Part shown: positions 38,248 through 46,227 of the stretch, piece by piece
Position numbering within the stretch: the first letter of the stretch is position 1
Layout of the letters: each line of letters starts with the position of its first letter
Assembly (NCBI GenBank): GCA_045580065.1
Contig: JAZNNA010000003.1
Coordinates: 1-56,704, forward strand
Reading direction: 5' to 3'
DNA: 56,704 bases
Origin: Eubacteriales bacterium
Lineage (GTDB): Bacteria > Bacillota > Clostridia > Oscillospirales > CAG-272
Translations under genes and position numbers: made by a program
The notes under the pieces: model-generated
Database searches by the model: none
Told to the model about the DNA's origin: nothing
What the model saw: only the letters and a program-made list of their open reading frames with translations

Positions 38248-38282
38248 CAAAAGGGGTGCACGTTTGTGCACCCCTTTTTGTC
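38248..38282 (+). terminator. intrinsic terminator after rplL
   Basis: AAAAGGGGTGCAC GTTT GTGCACCCCTTTTTG. Confidence 0.9.
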
Positions 38283-38295
38283 TTTGAAAAAACGC

Positions 38296-38347
38296 GCAGG
38301 GCTTCGTTGCTCCTCGCTCACCGGCTCGGAGTAGACTTCTACACCTT
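38296..38347. repeat. intergenic direct repeat, copy 1 (about 52 bp, palindromic core)
   Basis: GCAGGGCTTCGTTGCTCCTCGCTCACCGGCTCGGAGTAGACTTCTACACCTT. Core is GGAGTAGA-CT-TCTACACC. Confidence 0.8.
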
Positions 38348-38406
38348 CGCCGCCTCTCTGCGGTGCGCCTCGCCCTACACGTTTTTTCTTTGACAACCTT
38401 TTCTCG

Positions 38407-38457
38407 GCAGGCCTCATTGCCCCTCACTCACCGGCTCGGAGTAGAGTTCTACACCTT
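38407..38457. repeat. intergenic direct repeat, copy 2
   Basis: GCAGGCCTCATTGCCCCTCACTCACCGGCTCGGAGTAGAGTTCTACACCTT. About 110 bp downstream of copy 1, with a few mismatches. Confidence 0.8.
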
Positions 38458-38587
38458 TTTCCCTTAAAACCCTTTCAAATTCAGCCTTTATTTTTGCAAA
38501 AGCAGCCACAGCTTGGCGCGATGCCTGTTTTATTTGCTGTCACGGGGCGGTTAAAGCAAAAAAATCTCTCAAAAATCGCAAGTTGTC

Positions 38588-38617
38588 TTTACAAATCGCC
38601 TTGGTGTGTGATATAAT
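38588..38617 (+). promoter_or_regulatory. sigma-A type promoter (extended -10) of nagB
   Basis: TTTACA, 18 nt spacer, TGaTATAAT. Confidence 0.65.
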
Positions 38618-38659
38618 GATAAAGTAAATTTAAATTTCAATTTGTAAAGGAGCACAAAA

Positions 38660-39445
38660 ATGAAATTAATCATCAAAGACAATTACGACGCTATGAGTGC
38701 TTGGGCTGCTCAGCACATTGCTGATGCCATCAACAACCACAAGGAGGACCGCCCCTTCGTGCTTGGTCTGCCCACGGGCTCTTCCCCCATCGGCGTTTAC
38801 AAAAACCTGATCGCTATGTACAAGGCCGGCAAGGTTTCCTTCAAGAACGTTGTGACCTTCAACATGGACGAGTACGTTGGCCTGCCCCGCGAGCATGACC
38901 AGAGCTACTGGTACTTCATGCACGACAACTTCTTCGATCACGTTGACGTTCCCGCAGAAAACATCAACATCCTCAACGGCATGGCAGAGGATCTTGATGC
39001 TGAGTGCCAGCGTTACGAGGAAAAGATCGCTTCCTACGGCGGCATTGATCTGTTCCTTGGCGGCAGCGGTGTTGACGGACACATCGCATTTAACGAGCCC
39101 TTTACCTCTCTCTCCTCCAGAACCGGTGTGCGCGCACTCACCGAGGACACGCTGATTGTCAACTCCCGCTTCTTTGACAACGACGTAAACAAGGTTCCCA
39201 AGAGAGCGCTTTCTGTTGGTGTGGCTACCGTTTGCGGCGCAAAGCAGGTATTGCTTTTGATCAGCGGCCACAACAAGGCACGCGCCCTTCGCCATTGTGT
39301 AGAGGGTGGTGTTGACCACGCTTGGACGATCAGTGCACTGCAGATGCACCAGGATGGCATCATCGCTTGCGACGAGGCTGCTTGCGGCGAGCTGAAGGTT
39401 GATACTTACAAGTACTTCAAGGAAATCTACAAAAACGAGAAGTAA
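38660..39445 (+). CDS. nagB: glucosamine-6-phosphate deaminase
   Basis: [20 protein letters not shown]...[19 protein letters not shown]...[12 protein letters not shown]...[14 protein letters not shown]. Confidence 0.95.
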   Translation: MKLIIKDNYDAMSAWAAQHIADAINNHKEDRPFVLGLPTGSSPIGVYKNLIAMYKAGKVSFKNVVTFNMDEYVGLPREHDQSYWYFMHDNFFDHVDVPAENINILNGMAEDLDAECQRYEEKIASYGGIDLFLGGSGVDGHIAFNEPFTSLSSRTGVRALTEDTLIVNSRFFDNDVNKVPKRALSVGVATVCGAKQVLLLISGHNKARALRHCVEGGVDHAWTISALQMHQDGIIACDEAACGELKVDTYKYFKEIYKNEK

Positions 39446-39448
39446 AAT

Positions 39449-39480
39449 AAAAGGGGTGCGCCAAACGCACCCCTTTTATT
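39449..39480 (+). terminator. intrinsic terminator after nagB
   Basis: AAAAGGGGTGCG CCAAA CGCACCCCTTTTATT. Confidence 0.85.
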
Positions 39481-39511
39481 GCAAAAAAGCGCACACGTGC
39501 TGCTTTTTTGC

Positions 39512-39540
39512 TTGACAAATGCGCAAGTCTGCGCTAAAAT
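39512..39540 (+). promoter_or_regulatory. sigma-A type promoter of the SGNH hydrolase gene
   Basis: TTGACA, 17 nt spacer, TAAAAT. Confidence 0.65.
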
Positions 39541-39572
39541 AAAAGCAACGAACACACCAAGGAGCTAAGGCT

Positions 39573-40712
39573 ATGAAAAATTATACGAACGAGCTTGCCC
39601 CCCTGTGGCAGGGGCAAACAGTCTACCGCGAAACCGTGATGTTCATCGGTGCCACAGACAAGGCGCCCTTGCTCTATATGCCAACGCAGATCCTTTCCAT
39701 CACCAATTACGGCGGTGACGTGACCTATGAGCTTGGACGGGACCTTGTGCTGAACAGCGACGGCACGCTGTCGCTGACTGCTGACACGCGCATCCCCTAC
39801 ATCACCGAGGAAGCCTATTATCATAACGATCCTTCATCGCTGATCAGCATCCCCTACAAGGGCAAGGAAACCTTTATCTACTGGGGCGAGGGCACCAGCA
39901 TGACCAAATGGCAGATCGCTGTGACCTATGCGCATAATTCCACCCCGATTTTGAGCCAACCCCCTTGTTTTTCGCACCGTTACACCCCGTTTTTTGAAAA
40001 GCTGCAAAACGGAAGGGACGTGACCGTGTTCTTTTACGGGGACAGCATCACCGTGGGCGGCAACTGCTCGTATCTTTGCAAAACGCCCCCCTACATGCCC
40101 TCTTGGACGATGCTTCTCACCGAATATGTGGCAAAACGGTATGACTTTTCGCACAAATACGTGGACACCAAGCTCCCCCGCGCCATGCCCGTGCCGGGCG
40201 AGATAAGTGTAAGCGGCACGCGCGGCACGCTGACCTATCTGAACACCGCCGTTGGCGGATGGAACTCCACGCAAGGGATCGAAGGGCTTGAGGAGCGCGT
40301 TGTTGCCCCGATCTCGCAATACGGGTGCGATCTTTTCGTGCTGGCACACGGCATGAACGACAAACGCCTTTCCCCCGAGGAGTATATCGAAAAGCAGCGC
40401 ATCATGCTTGATCGCGTGCTTGCCGTTGCCCCCGACACCGCCGTTTTGCTGGTTGCCACCATGTATGCCAACCCCGCATCCCCGCGCTGGTGTATGAACC
40501 AACCTCTGTTTGAGCCGGAGCTGTTAAAGCTTGCCGAGGAGTATAACGAAAGGGGCGTTCCCTGCGCCGTTGCGCCGGTCACGTCGCTGAGCGGTCAGCT
40601 TTTGCAGCGCAAGCGCTTTTGCGATTGCTCCGGCAACAACATCAACCACCCCAACGATTTTCTGGTGCGCCTTTATGCGCAGACCGCCCTGCAGACCCTG
40701 ATCGGGCTGTAA
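39573..40712 (+). CDS. SGNH/GDSL hydrolase family protein with an N-terminal extra domain
   Basis: Block I FFYGDSITVGGN, block II GGWNS, block III AHGMNDK, block V-like NINHPND. 379 aa. Confidence 0.8.
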   Translation: MKNYTNELAPLWQGQTVYRETVMFIGATDKAPLLYMPTQILSITNYGGDVTYELGRDLVLNSDGTLSLTADTRIPYITEEAYYHNDPSSLISIPYKGKETFIYWGEGTSMTKWQIAVTYAHNSTPILSQPPCFSHRYTPFFEKLQNGRDVTVFFYGDSITVGGNCSYLCKTPPYMPSWTMLLTEYVAKRYDFSHKYVDTKLPRAMPVPGEISVSGTRGTLTYLNTAVGGWNSTQGIEGLEERVVAPISQYGCDLFVLAHGMNDKRLSPEEYIEKQRIMLDRVLAVAPDTAVLLVATMYANPASPRWCMNQPLFEPELLKLAEEYNERGVPCAVAPVTSLSGQLLQRKRFCDCSGNNINHPNDFLVRLYAQTALQTLIGL

Positions 40713-40713
40713 G

Positions 40714-40746
40714 AAAAAAGCACGGCAAGCGCCGTGCTTTTTTCTT
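40714..40746. terminator. bidirectional terminator (SGNH hydrolase / GH127)
   Basis: AAAAAAGCACGGC AAGC GCCGTGCTTTTTT. Confidence 0.9.
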
Positions 40747-42538
40747 ATTTTATATGCAACCAGATCAGCATATCACTCTCGCCGCGGTTGGCAAAACCGC
40801 TATACGGTACCAGCTTTAAGGTTGCGGGTACGGTTTTGGGGGCGCTTACTGCATACAAGCCGCCCGCAAAGGGCAAGCGGCGCTCGCACGCGATCTCCAG
40901 CGTGGGTAAGGCAAATTCTGCGCTCTCCTGCAGCTTGGCAGAAAGCGTATCTCCCAGCACAAAGCTATGCAGCTCAGCGCCGTTGTCCACGCCCTCGGCA
41001 CAATAAACCACCGGGCCGCGCATCACGCACGCGCATCCGGCGGTGCGATACACGCGCGGATCGGCATACACAAGCTGCGGTGTCATATCAAATTCCACCA
41101 GGATCTCACCACCGTCATTTTGCAGCACAGCATAGCCGTTTTGCATCACATATGGGCGGTCAATTTCAAATTTGCGGCACCACGCGGGCACGCGAACGGC
41201 AACGGCCTTCGCGCCGCTCGCCCGCAATTTTATCGTACCGTTGCGGGGGTAATCGGTATTCATCTCGCAGCTGATCACATCGCCCGAAAGGCGCGAGGTC
41301 ACAAACTGGTTGATATACAGCGTGTCCCCTTCTTGCCCGTAAACGTAGTTCCCGAGCGAGGCAAGGATGCGGTTGAGGTTGGGCGGACAGCAGGAACAAT
41401 CAAAGCAGCTGACACGCTGCGTGATCGAGTAACGCTTTTGCGGATCGCCCCGACGCTCGGCAAGGTTGATCTCCAACGGATTTTCGTAAAAGAAGGCAGC
41501 ACCGTCAAGCGAAAGCCCTGCCAGCACACCGTTGTAGAAGGCGCGCTCCACCGCGTCGGCATATTTGGCATCGGTTTCCAGCTGCAGCATCTCCTGCGAA
41601 AACAGCATCAACGCGATCGCCGCGCAGGTTTCGGCATAGGCGGTATCGTTTGGCAGATCGTATGCCACGTTGCTGAACGCCTCGCCGTGGCGGGTGGAGC
41701 CAAGCGCGCCGGTCACGTACATTTTGTGTGCGGTCACGTCCTGCCACAGGATCCTGCAGGCATTTATCAGCTCCTGCTCACCCGTTTCGCGCGCAAGAGA
41801 TGCCATGCCCGTGTAGAGATAAAGCGCACGCACCGCATGCCCCAACGCCTCTGTTTGCCGGCGCACGGGCAGATGGCTTTGCGTGTAGCTATCATTCTGC
41901 TCCGGCTCGGCATAGCAGCCACGGGCATTGATAAAGTAGGCGGCAAGCTCTAAATATTTGCGCTTTCCCGTATAACGGTACATGCGCATCAGCGCAAGCT
42001 CGATCTCTTCGTGCCCCGGTGTATGAAAGGCGGCATAATGCTCCTCAACAAACACGCGGCAGATATGATCGGCATATTTTTCCATGCAGCAAAGCAGCTT
42101 TTTCTTGCCCGTTGCCTCGGCATATGCAACCGCCGCCTCCATCAGATGTCCGGCGCAGTACAGCTCGTGCTTTTTGCGGTGCGTCCATCTGGCGCTTGGT
42201 TCTACCACGGTGAAGTAAATGTTGAAGTAACCGTCCTCCCCCTGGTGCGCCTCGATCTTGTCCACCACCTCGTCCACGCGGCGGGCAAGCTCTGTTTCCT
42301 CGGGGTGCTTTTGCAGAATATATGCCGCACCCTCGATCCATTTTGCCACGTCGCTATCCCAAAAATAGTGGGGCTTTTTTTCGTCCCCCTCTTGATAAGA
42401 AAAGTCAAACGCCGCAAAGCGCCCGGTTTCGGTAAAGCGGTCGTACACCGCGTTGATCGTGATTTTCCGATTTAACTCCTGCTTTTCAAACAAATATCCT
42501 GCAAGCAGCTCTACGTCGGTATAAGAAAAAGTTTTCAT
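40745..42538 (-). CDS. glycoside hydrolase family 127 (DUF1680, beta-L-arabinofuranosidase-like)
   Basis: Start taken at ATG 42538, 9 nt after AAGGGAG. ...EALGHAVRALYLYTGMASLA..., CFDCSCCPPNLNR Cys-rich block typical of GH127. Confidence 0.85.
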   Translation of the reverse strand: MKTFSYTDVELLAGYLFEKQELNRKITINAVYDRFTETGRFAAFDFSYQEGDEKKPHYFWDSDVAKWIEGAAYILQKHPEETELARRVDEVVDKIEAHQGEDGYFNIYFTVVEPSARWTHRKKHELYCAGHLMEAAVAYAEATGKKKLLCCMEKYADHICRVFVEEHYAAFHTPGHEEIELALMRMYRYTGKRKYLELAAYFINARGCYAEPEQNDSYTQSHLPVRRQTEALGHAVRALYLYTGMASLARETGEQELINACRILWQDVTAHKMYVTGALGSTRHGEAFSNVAYDLPNDTAYAETCAAIALMLFSQEMLQLETDAKYADAVERAFYNGVLAGLSLDGAAFFYENPLEINLAERRGDPQKRYSITQRVSCFDCSCCPPNLNRILASLGNYVYGQEGDTLYINQFVTSRLSGDVISCEMNTDYPRNGTIKLRASGAKAVAVRVPAWCRKFEIDRPYVMQNGYAVLQNDGGEILVEFDMTPQLVYADPRVYRTAGCACVMRGPVVYCAEGVDNGAELHSFVLGDTLSAKLQESAEFALPTLEIACERRLPFAGGLYAVSAPKTVPATLKLVPYSGFANRGESDMLIWLHIK

Positions 42539-42647
42539 CAAAAGCATCTCCCTTCTCGCCGCTATTGCTTTTTTTACACTTTTATTGTATAATACCTCTG
42601 AGGGGATGTCAAGTCCCAAAAAACGATATGAGGTAAGAAAAACCGAT

Positions 42648-43424
42648 ATGGATGCATTGCAAAGCACACAAGCCGTTTTTGATTTTGCCGGCCTTTTTCA
42701 AAGCAAGCACCCGTGGATCCACCCCGCACGGGTGGAAAAGACCTGGGAGATCATCTACGTGACCGAGGGCGAGGTGTTTATTGAGGAAGCGGGCAAGGAA
42801 TATCACCTGACGCGCGGCCAGCTTTTGCTTTTGTCGCCGGGCGTTGCCCACAAGGGCACGCGCGAGAGCATTGGCGTTGGGTTCTATTGGGTGCATTTTC
42901 ACCTGAGCGGCGCCGCGCTCCCCTTCACCACGCGCTATTTCCAAGAGTTTGACGACGCCTATTTGTTCCGCGAGCTGCTGCACTATAACAATCTGCCGCA
43001 AATTCCCCTGTATCTGGTGGGTGCTATCCTTGCGCATATTTTGGCGCAGCTTTGCCATTTGAGCGAGAAAAACTTATACCGTTATGACGCTAAATGCGAA
43101 AAGATCTACGAATGGTTGCGCATCAATGCCACTGCCTCGCTTACGGTAGAGCACGCTGCCGCACAGCTTGGCTACTCCCCCGATCACCTCACAAGGCTTT
43201 GCAAAAGGGCCTACGGTACGGGAGCGCGCGAGCTGATCAATCGCTTTGTGATCGCACGTGCCAAGGAGCTGCTTTGCAACACCGATAAATACGTCAAGGA
43301 GATTGCGGGCGAGCTTGGCTTTTCCGGCGACAAGGCCTTTATCGGTTATTTCAAATACCACGAGGGGTGCTTTCCCACCGCGTTTCGCACCCGCTTTGCC
43401 AAAACGCATATGAACAATCACTAA
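42648..43424 (+). CDS. AraC family transcriptional regulator (cupin N-terminus plus HTH)
   Basis: Divergent from GH127. C-terminal AraC HTH is ...AAQLGYSPDHLTRLCKRAYG...IAGELGFSGDKAFIGYFKYHEGCFPTAFR. The start is uncertain (ATG at 42585, 42606 or 42648). Confidence 0.8.
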   Translation: MDALQSTQAVFDFAGLFQSKHPWIHPARVEKTWEIIYVTEGEVFIEEAGKEYHLTRGQLLLLSPGVAHKGTRESIGVGFYWVHFHLSGAALPFTTRYFQEFDDAYLFRELLHYNNLPQIPLYLVGAILAHILAQLCHLSEKNLYRYDAKCEKIYEWLRINATASLTVEHAAAQLGYSPDHLTRLCKRAYGTGARELINRFVIARAKELLCNTDKYVKEIAGELGFSGDKAFIGYFKYHEGCFPTAFRTRFAKTHMNNH

Positions 43425-43521
43425 AAGCCAAAAACAGTGCCACGTGTGCCGTTTTTGGGCAAAAATTACGTTGCGGGGGCGTTCCCCGCCAAAAACAACG
43501 CCGCCCAAAGGAAAATTTTTC

Positions 43522-43550
43522 TTTACAAGCGGGCGCGTTTATGATATACT
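43522..43550 (+). promoter_or_regulatory. sigma-A type promoter of the TIR-like/nucleoside-hydrolase cassette
   Basis: TTTACA, 17 nt spacer, TATACT. GGAGG RBS lies 7 nt before ATG 43578. Confidence 0.65.
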
Positions 43551-43577
43551 GGAGATATCAAAGGCGGAGGTTGTGCA

Positions 43578-44975
43578 ATGGGCAACAAACGAGTTTTTAT
43601 AGGCTGGAACGGCGCGGATAACCGCGAGATCGCACACAAGATCAGCAACATTTTGAGTGAAGCCAATTACCACCCCATCATCGGCGGACAATGGCGTGCC
43701 TCGCTGACCGTCAGTGAGGAGATCATCCACCAGATGAACGGGTGCGATTTTGCCATCATCCTGATCGAAAAGGAGATCCGCAAAAACGACCGCGACGAGA
43801 TCGTGAGCATGGGCTTTAACCCCAACGTGATGATGGAGATGGGCTATATGCTCCACAAGCTCACCGACCCCAACCGTATCCGCCGCATCCTGATCAACAT
43901 GGACCCGAGCGAGCTCCCCTCCGACCTGCAGGGCGCGTGGAGCATCGCCGTGAAAAAGCCAAGCTATACCGAGGGAGATGACAATGCAAGAGATGCAGCG
44001 CTCTCTCACGTGGCAAGCAAGGCGACCGAGGACTTTTTTGAATACATCAAGATCGTTCGCAGCCGCACCAACAAGCTGGACTACTTTGACCATTGGGACG
44101 AGAACGTGCTGGACATTTACCGCTACACGGGCGACGTCCGCATTTCCGAAAAGCTGATATTCGGTATGCAGGCAGCCATCTACTCCGGTGATTTTGAAAA
44201 GCTGTATCAAAAGCTTTTGCAGCTGCGCGACCACCTCTCGCAGCAGGACCGCTTTCACGACTATCCTGCCGTTGCCTGCGCCATTGCAGTGCTTTCGGTA
44301 TTTGTTGTCAGCAAGCGCCTGACCGTGCTACCCACCGAGCAGCAGTTTTACGACCTCTGCGAGGCCTTGGAGCAGGAATACGAGCGCGACGTGGACGACC
44401 CCGGGCTGCAGGTGTGGTGCAAGATCTTCCGTCTGGACAAGCAAGAGCTGTGCTATGAGTTGTTTGCGCAAACGCTTGATAATGATGACGAAAAGATCGA
44501 ATATTTTTACGATGCCCTGTCGCTTTGCCATGAGATCGTTGATCTGATCGAGGCGCATCTACAGACCGAGGAGGGCAAAAAGGACGAGAAATACGCCCTG
44601 CTCTACAAGGCGTTTGCGCATCGCAACATCTCGCAGATCCACAAGCGCCTTTGCGAGCTGGAACCGGAAAAGGCCACCGAGCATCTGGAGGAGCAGAAAA
44701 AATACTGCGCCGTTACGCTGCGCAACCGCAAGGAGCTTTACGACTACTACAACGGCAGCGCAAGAGAAAACACGCTCTCGATGGATTTTATCTCGCAGGA
44801 GTATCTGCTGGCGCTTGCCGAGCAGCATAAGTTTGAAGAAAACCGCCTGGAGAAAAGAAAGATCGCCCAGACCGTGCGCGGCATCTTTCACAGGTGGCAG
44901 GACCGCAACACGGTGCGCAATATGATCTTTGAAAAGGTCGGGCGCGAGGCGGCAGAATTTTTGACCCGAAGCTAA
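43578..44975 (+). CDS. TIR-like domain (Cap12/PycTIR-type, PF10137-like) protein with a roughly 330-aa helical C-terminal domain
   Basis: The N-terminal ~130 aa carry, in order, RVFIGWNG, SEEIIHQMNGCDFAIILIEKE, NPNVMMEMGYMLHKL and ELPSDLQGAW. These correspond to the family blocks vFivHG / dfAvvLlTPDD / RqNVifElGyfiGkLG / PSDlxG. The remainder has no P-loop and no TM segment, and is rich in heptad/TPR-like helices. Confidence 0.7.
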   Translation: MGNKRVFIGWNGADNREIAHKISNILSEANYHPIIGGQWRASLTVSEEIIHQMNGCDFAIILIEKEIRKNDRDEIVSMGFNPNVMMEMGYMLHKLTDPNRIRRILINMDPSELPSDLQGAWSIAVKKPSYTEGDDNARDAALSHVASKATEDFFEYIKIVRSRTNKLDYFDHWDENVLDIYRYTGDVRISEKLIFGMQAAIYSGDFEKLYQKLLQLRDHLSQQDRFHDYPAVACAIAVLSVFVVSKRLTVLPTEQQFYDLCEALEQEYERDVDDPGLQVWCKIFRLDKQELCYELFAQTLDNDDEKIEYFYDALSLCHEIVDLIEAHLQTEEGKKDEKYALLYKAFAHRNISQIHKRLCELEPEKATEHLEEQKKYCAVTLRNRKELYDYYNGSARENTLSMDFISQEYLLALAEQHKFEENRLEKRKIAQTVRGIFHRWQDRNTVRNMIFEKVGREAAEFLTRS

Positions 44976-44987
44976 GGAGCAAACACA

Positions 44988-45779
44988 ATGAAGAAAAAAG
45001 TAGCACTCTTGTGCGATTACGGTATGGACGATGCCGTTGCAACGCTCTACCTGTTAAAGCACGCCGCACTGTTTGAAAAAATTGACATTCTTGCCATTGG
45101 CGGCAACTTCCCGCAAAAGGATTCGCTTGTCAACATCAAGCGGCTGCTGACCTATGCGGACAGTGTGCCAAGCAACCTGCGCGTGGTGGATACCGCAAGC
45201 GCACCGCAAAGCGAAAATCACATCCCCGAGATCCACGGCAACGACGGCATGGGCGACGTGCTACCCGCCGCATTTGAGGAAAAGGCACCGGTGATCACCT
45301 ACGAGGAATGGCTGCGCGACGCGGATGCAGATACCGTGATCGTCAGCCTTGGCCCCTGCAGCGTTACGCAGGATATTTTGCAGAAAAAGGGCGCACTCCC
45401 CCTTATTTTGATGGCCGGCAACGTCGCCGAGCCCCCCAACTATAACGGATACGAGTTCAATCACGGTATGGACACGGCCGCCTTTGCCGAAACGGTAAAG
45501 CACCCCCATGCGGTGGCCACGCTGGACACCTGCCACGTGCCCGCCTGCAACCTCAACATGCTGACCCTGCCTGCAGAAGGGCTGTTTGCCCGTATGCTGC
45601 AGCGCTATCAGGCGCTATCAAAGGGGCGCGGCGAGGAGATCTGCAGCGTATACGATATGGTGGCGGTGGCATATCTGATCCACCCCGATCGCTTTGTGAC
45701 CGAGGACGTCACCGACCCGGACGGTAACCGCCTGTCTCTTTTGCGCTACGTTAGCAAAAAATCCATCCTTGAGGACTAA
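44988..45779 (+). CDS. divergent inosine-uridine nucleoside N-ribohydrolase (IU-NH) fold protein
   Basis: 12 nt after the upstream stop, with AAGGAG RBS. Motifs are LLCDYGMDDAVA (canonical DxDxGxDDxxA, first Asp replaced by Leu), HGNDGMGD, LGPCSVT, MAGN...EFNHGMDTAAF, LDTCHV and YDMVAVAYLIHPD. 263 aa, shorter than typical. Confidence 0.7.
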   Translation: MKKKVALLCDYGMDDAVATLYLLKHAALFEKIDILAIGGNFPQKDSLVNIKRLLTYADSVPSNLRVVDTASAPQSENHIPEIHGNDGMGDVLPAAFEEKAPVITYEEWLRDADADTVIVSLGPCSVTQDILQKKGALPLILMAGNVAEPPNYNGYEFNHGMDTAAFAETVKHPHAVATLDTCHVPACNLNMLTLPAEGLFARMLQRYQALSKGRGEEICSVYDMVAVAYLIHPDRFVTEDVTDPDGNRLSLLRYVSKKSILED

Positions 45780-45796
45780 AAAATCCCCCAAAACAG

Positions 45797-45830
45797 CAAA
45801 AAGCCACCCCACGTGGGGTGGCTTTTTTAT
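45797..45830. terminator. bidirectional terminator (NH-fold gene / small membrane-protein gene)
   Basis: AAAAAGCCACCCC ACGT GGGGTGGCTTTTTT. Confidence 0.9.
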
Positions 45831-45831
45831 T

Positions 45832-46227
45832 TTAATCTTCAAACACCAGCAGCATTGGACCGTATGCATTGGTACTAAAGCAATACGGTGAGCTTGCCAG
45901 TGCCATCAGGCTTCCGTCATCCAAAAAGCTGACAACAAAATAATCTCCGTTGCCATAACAAAGCAGCTCGCATTCGCCGTTGACGGTTTTGGATTTCCAT
46001 TTTCCCTCTCGGGAGACTTGCGTCTTTCCGTCACAAGTGACGATCAGCTCATAGGTATTGTCCTTGTAAATGCCAAGCGCGTATTCATACGAGCCGTCCT
46101 TTTTATCATAGACGCCGTAAAATTTCCACACACGCCCAAGATGCAGCAGCACTGCCGTCAGGATCACGACAAGCAAAATAACTGCTACAACGACAAGCGC
46201 GATCAATCTTTTTGCCTTAAGTGTCAT
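45832..46227 (-). CDS. small membrane-anchored hypothetical protein, translationally coupled to thrS
   Basis: ATG at 46227 overlaps the thrS TGA (ATGA). One TM segment (LIALVVVAVILLVVILTAVLL), then about 95 aa of beta-rich sequence. An alternative start is at 46251. Confidence 0.6.
   Translation of the reverse strand: MTLKAKRLIALVVVAVILLVVILTAVLLHLGRVWKFYGVYDKKDGSYEYALGIYKDNTYELIVTCDGKTQVSREGKWKSKTVNGECELLCYGNGDYFVVSFLDDGSLMALASSPYCFSTNAYGPMLLVFED

Noticed and set aside
37825-38427. 200-aa minus-strand ORF
   Set aside because: It is antisense to rplL and passes through the rplL terminator and the intergenic repeats.
38296-38457. Possible CRISPR array
   Set aside because: Only two imperfect copies are present, about 52 bp each, with a single ~59-bp spacer and no cas genes. 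It is reported as an intergenic repeat instead.
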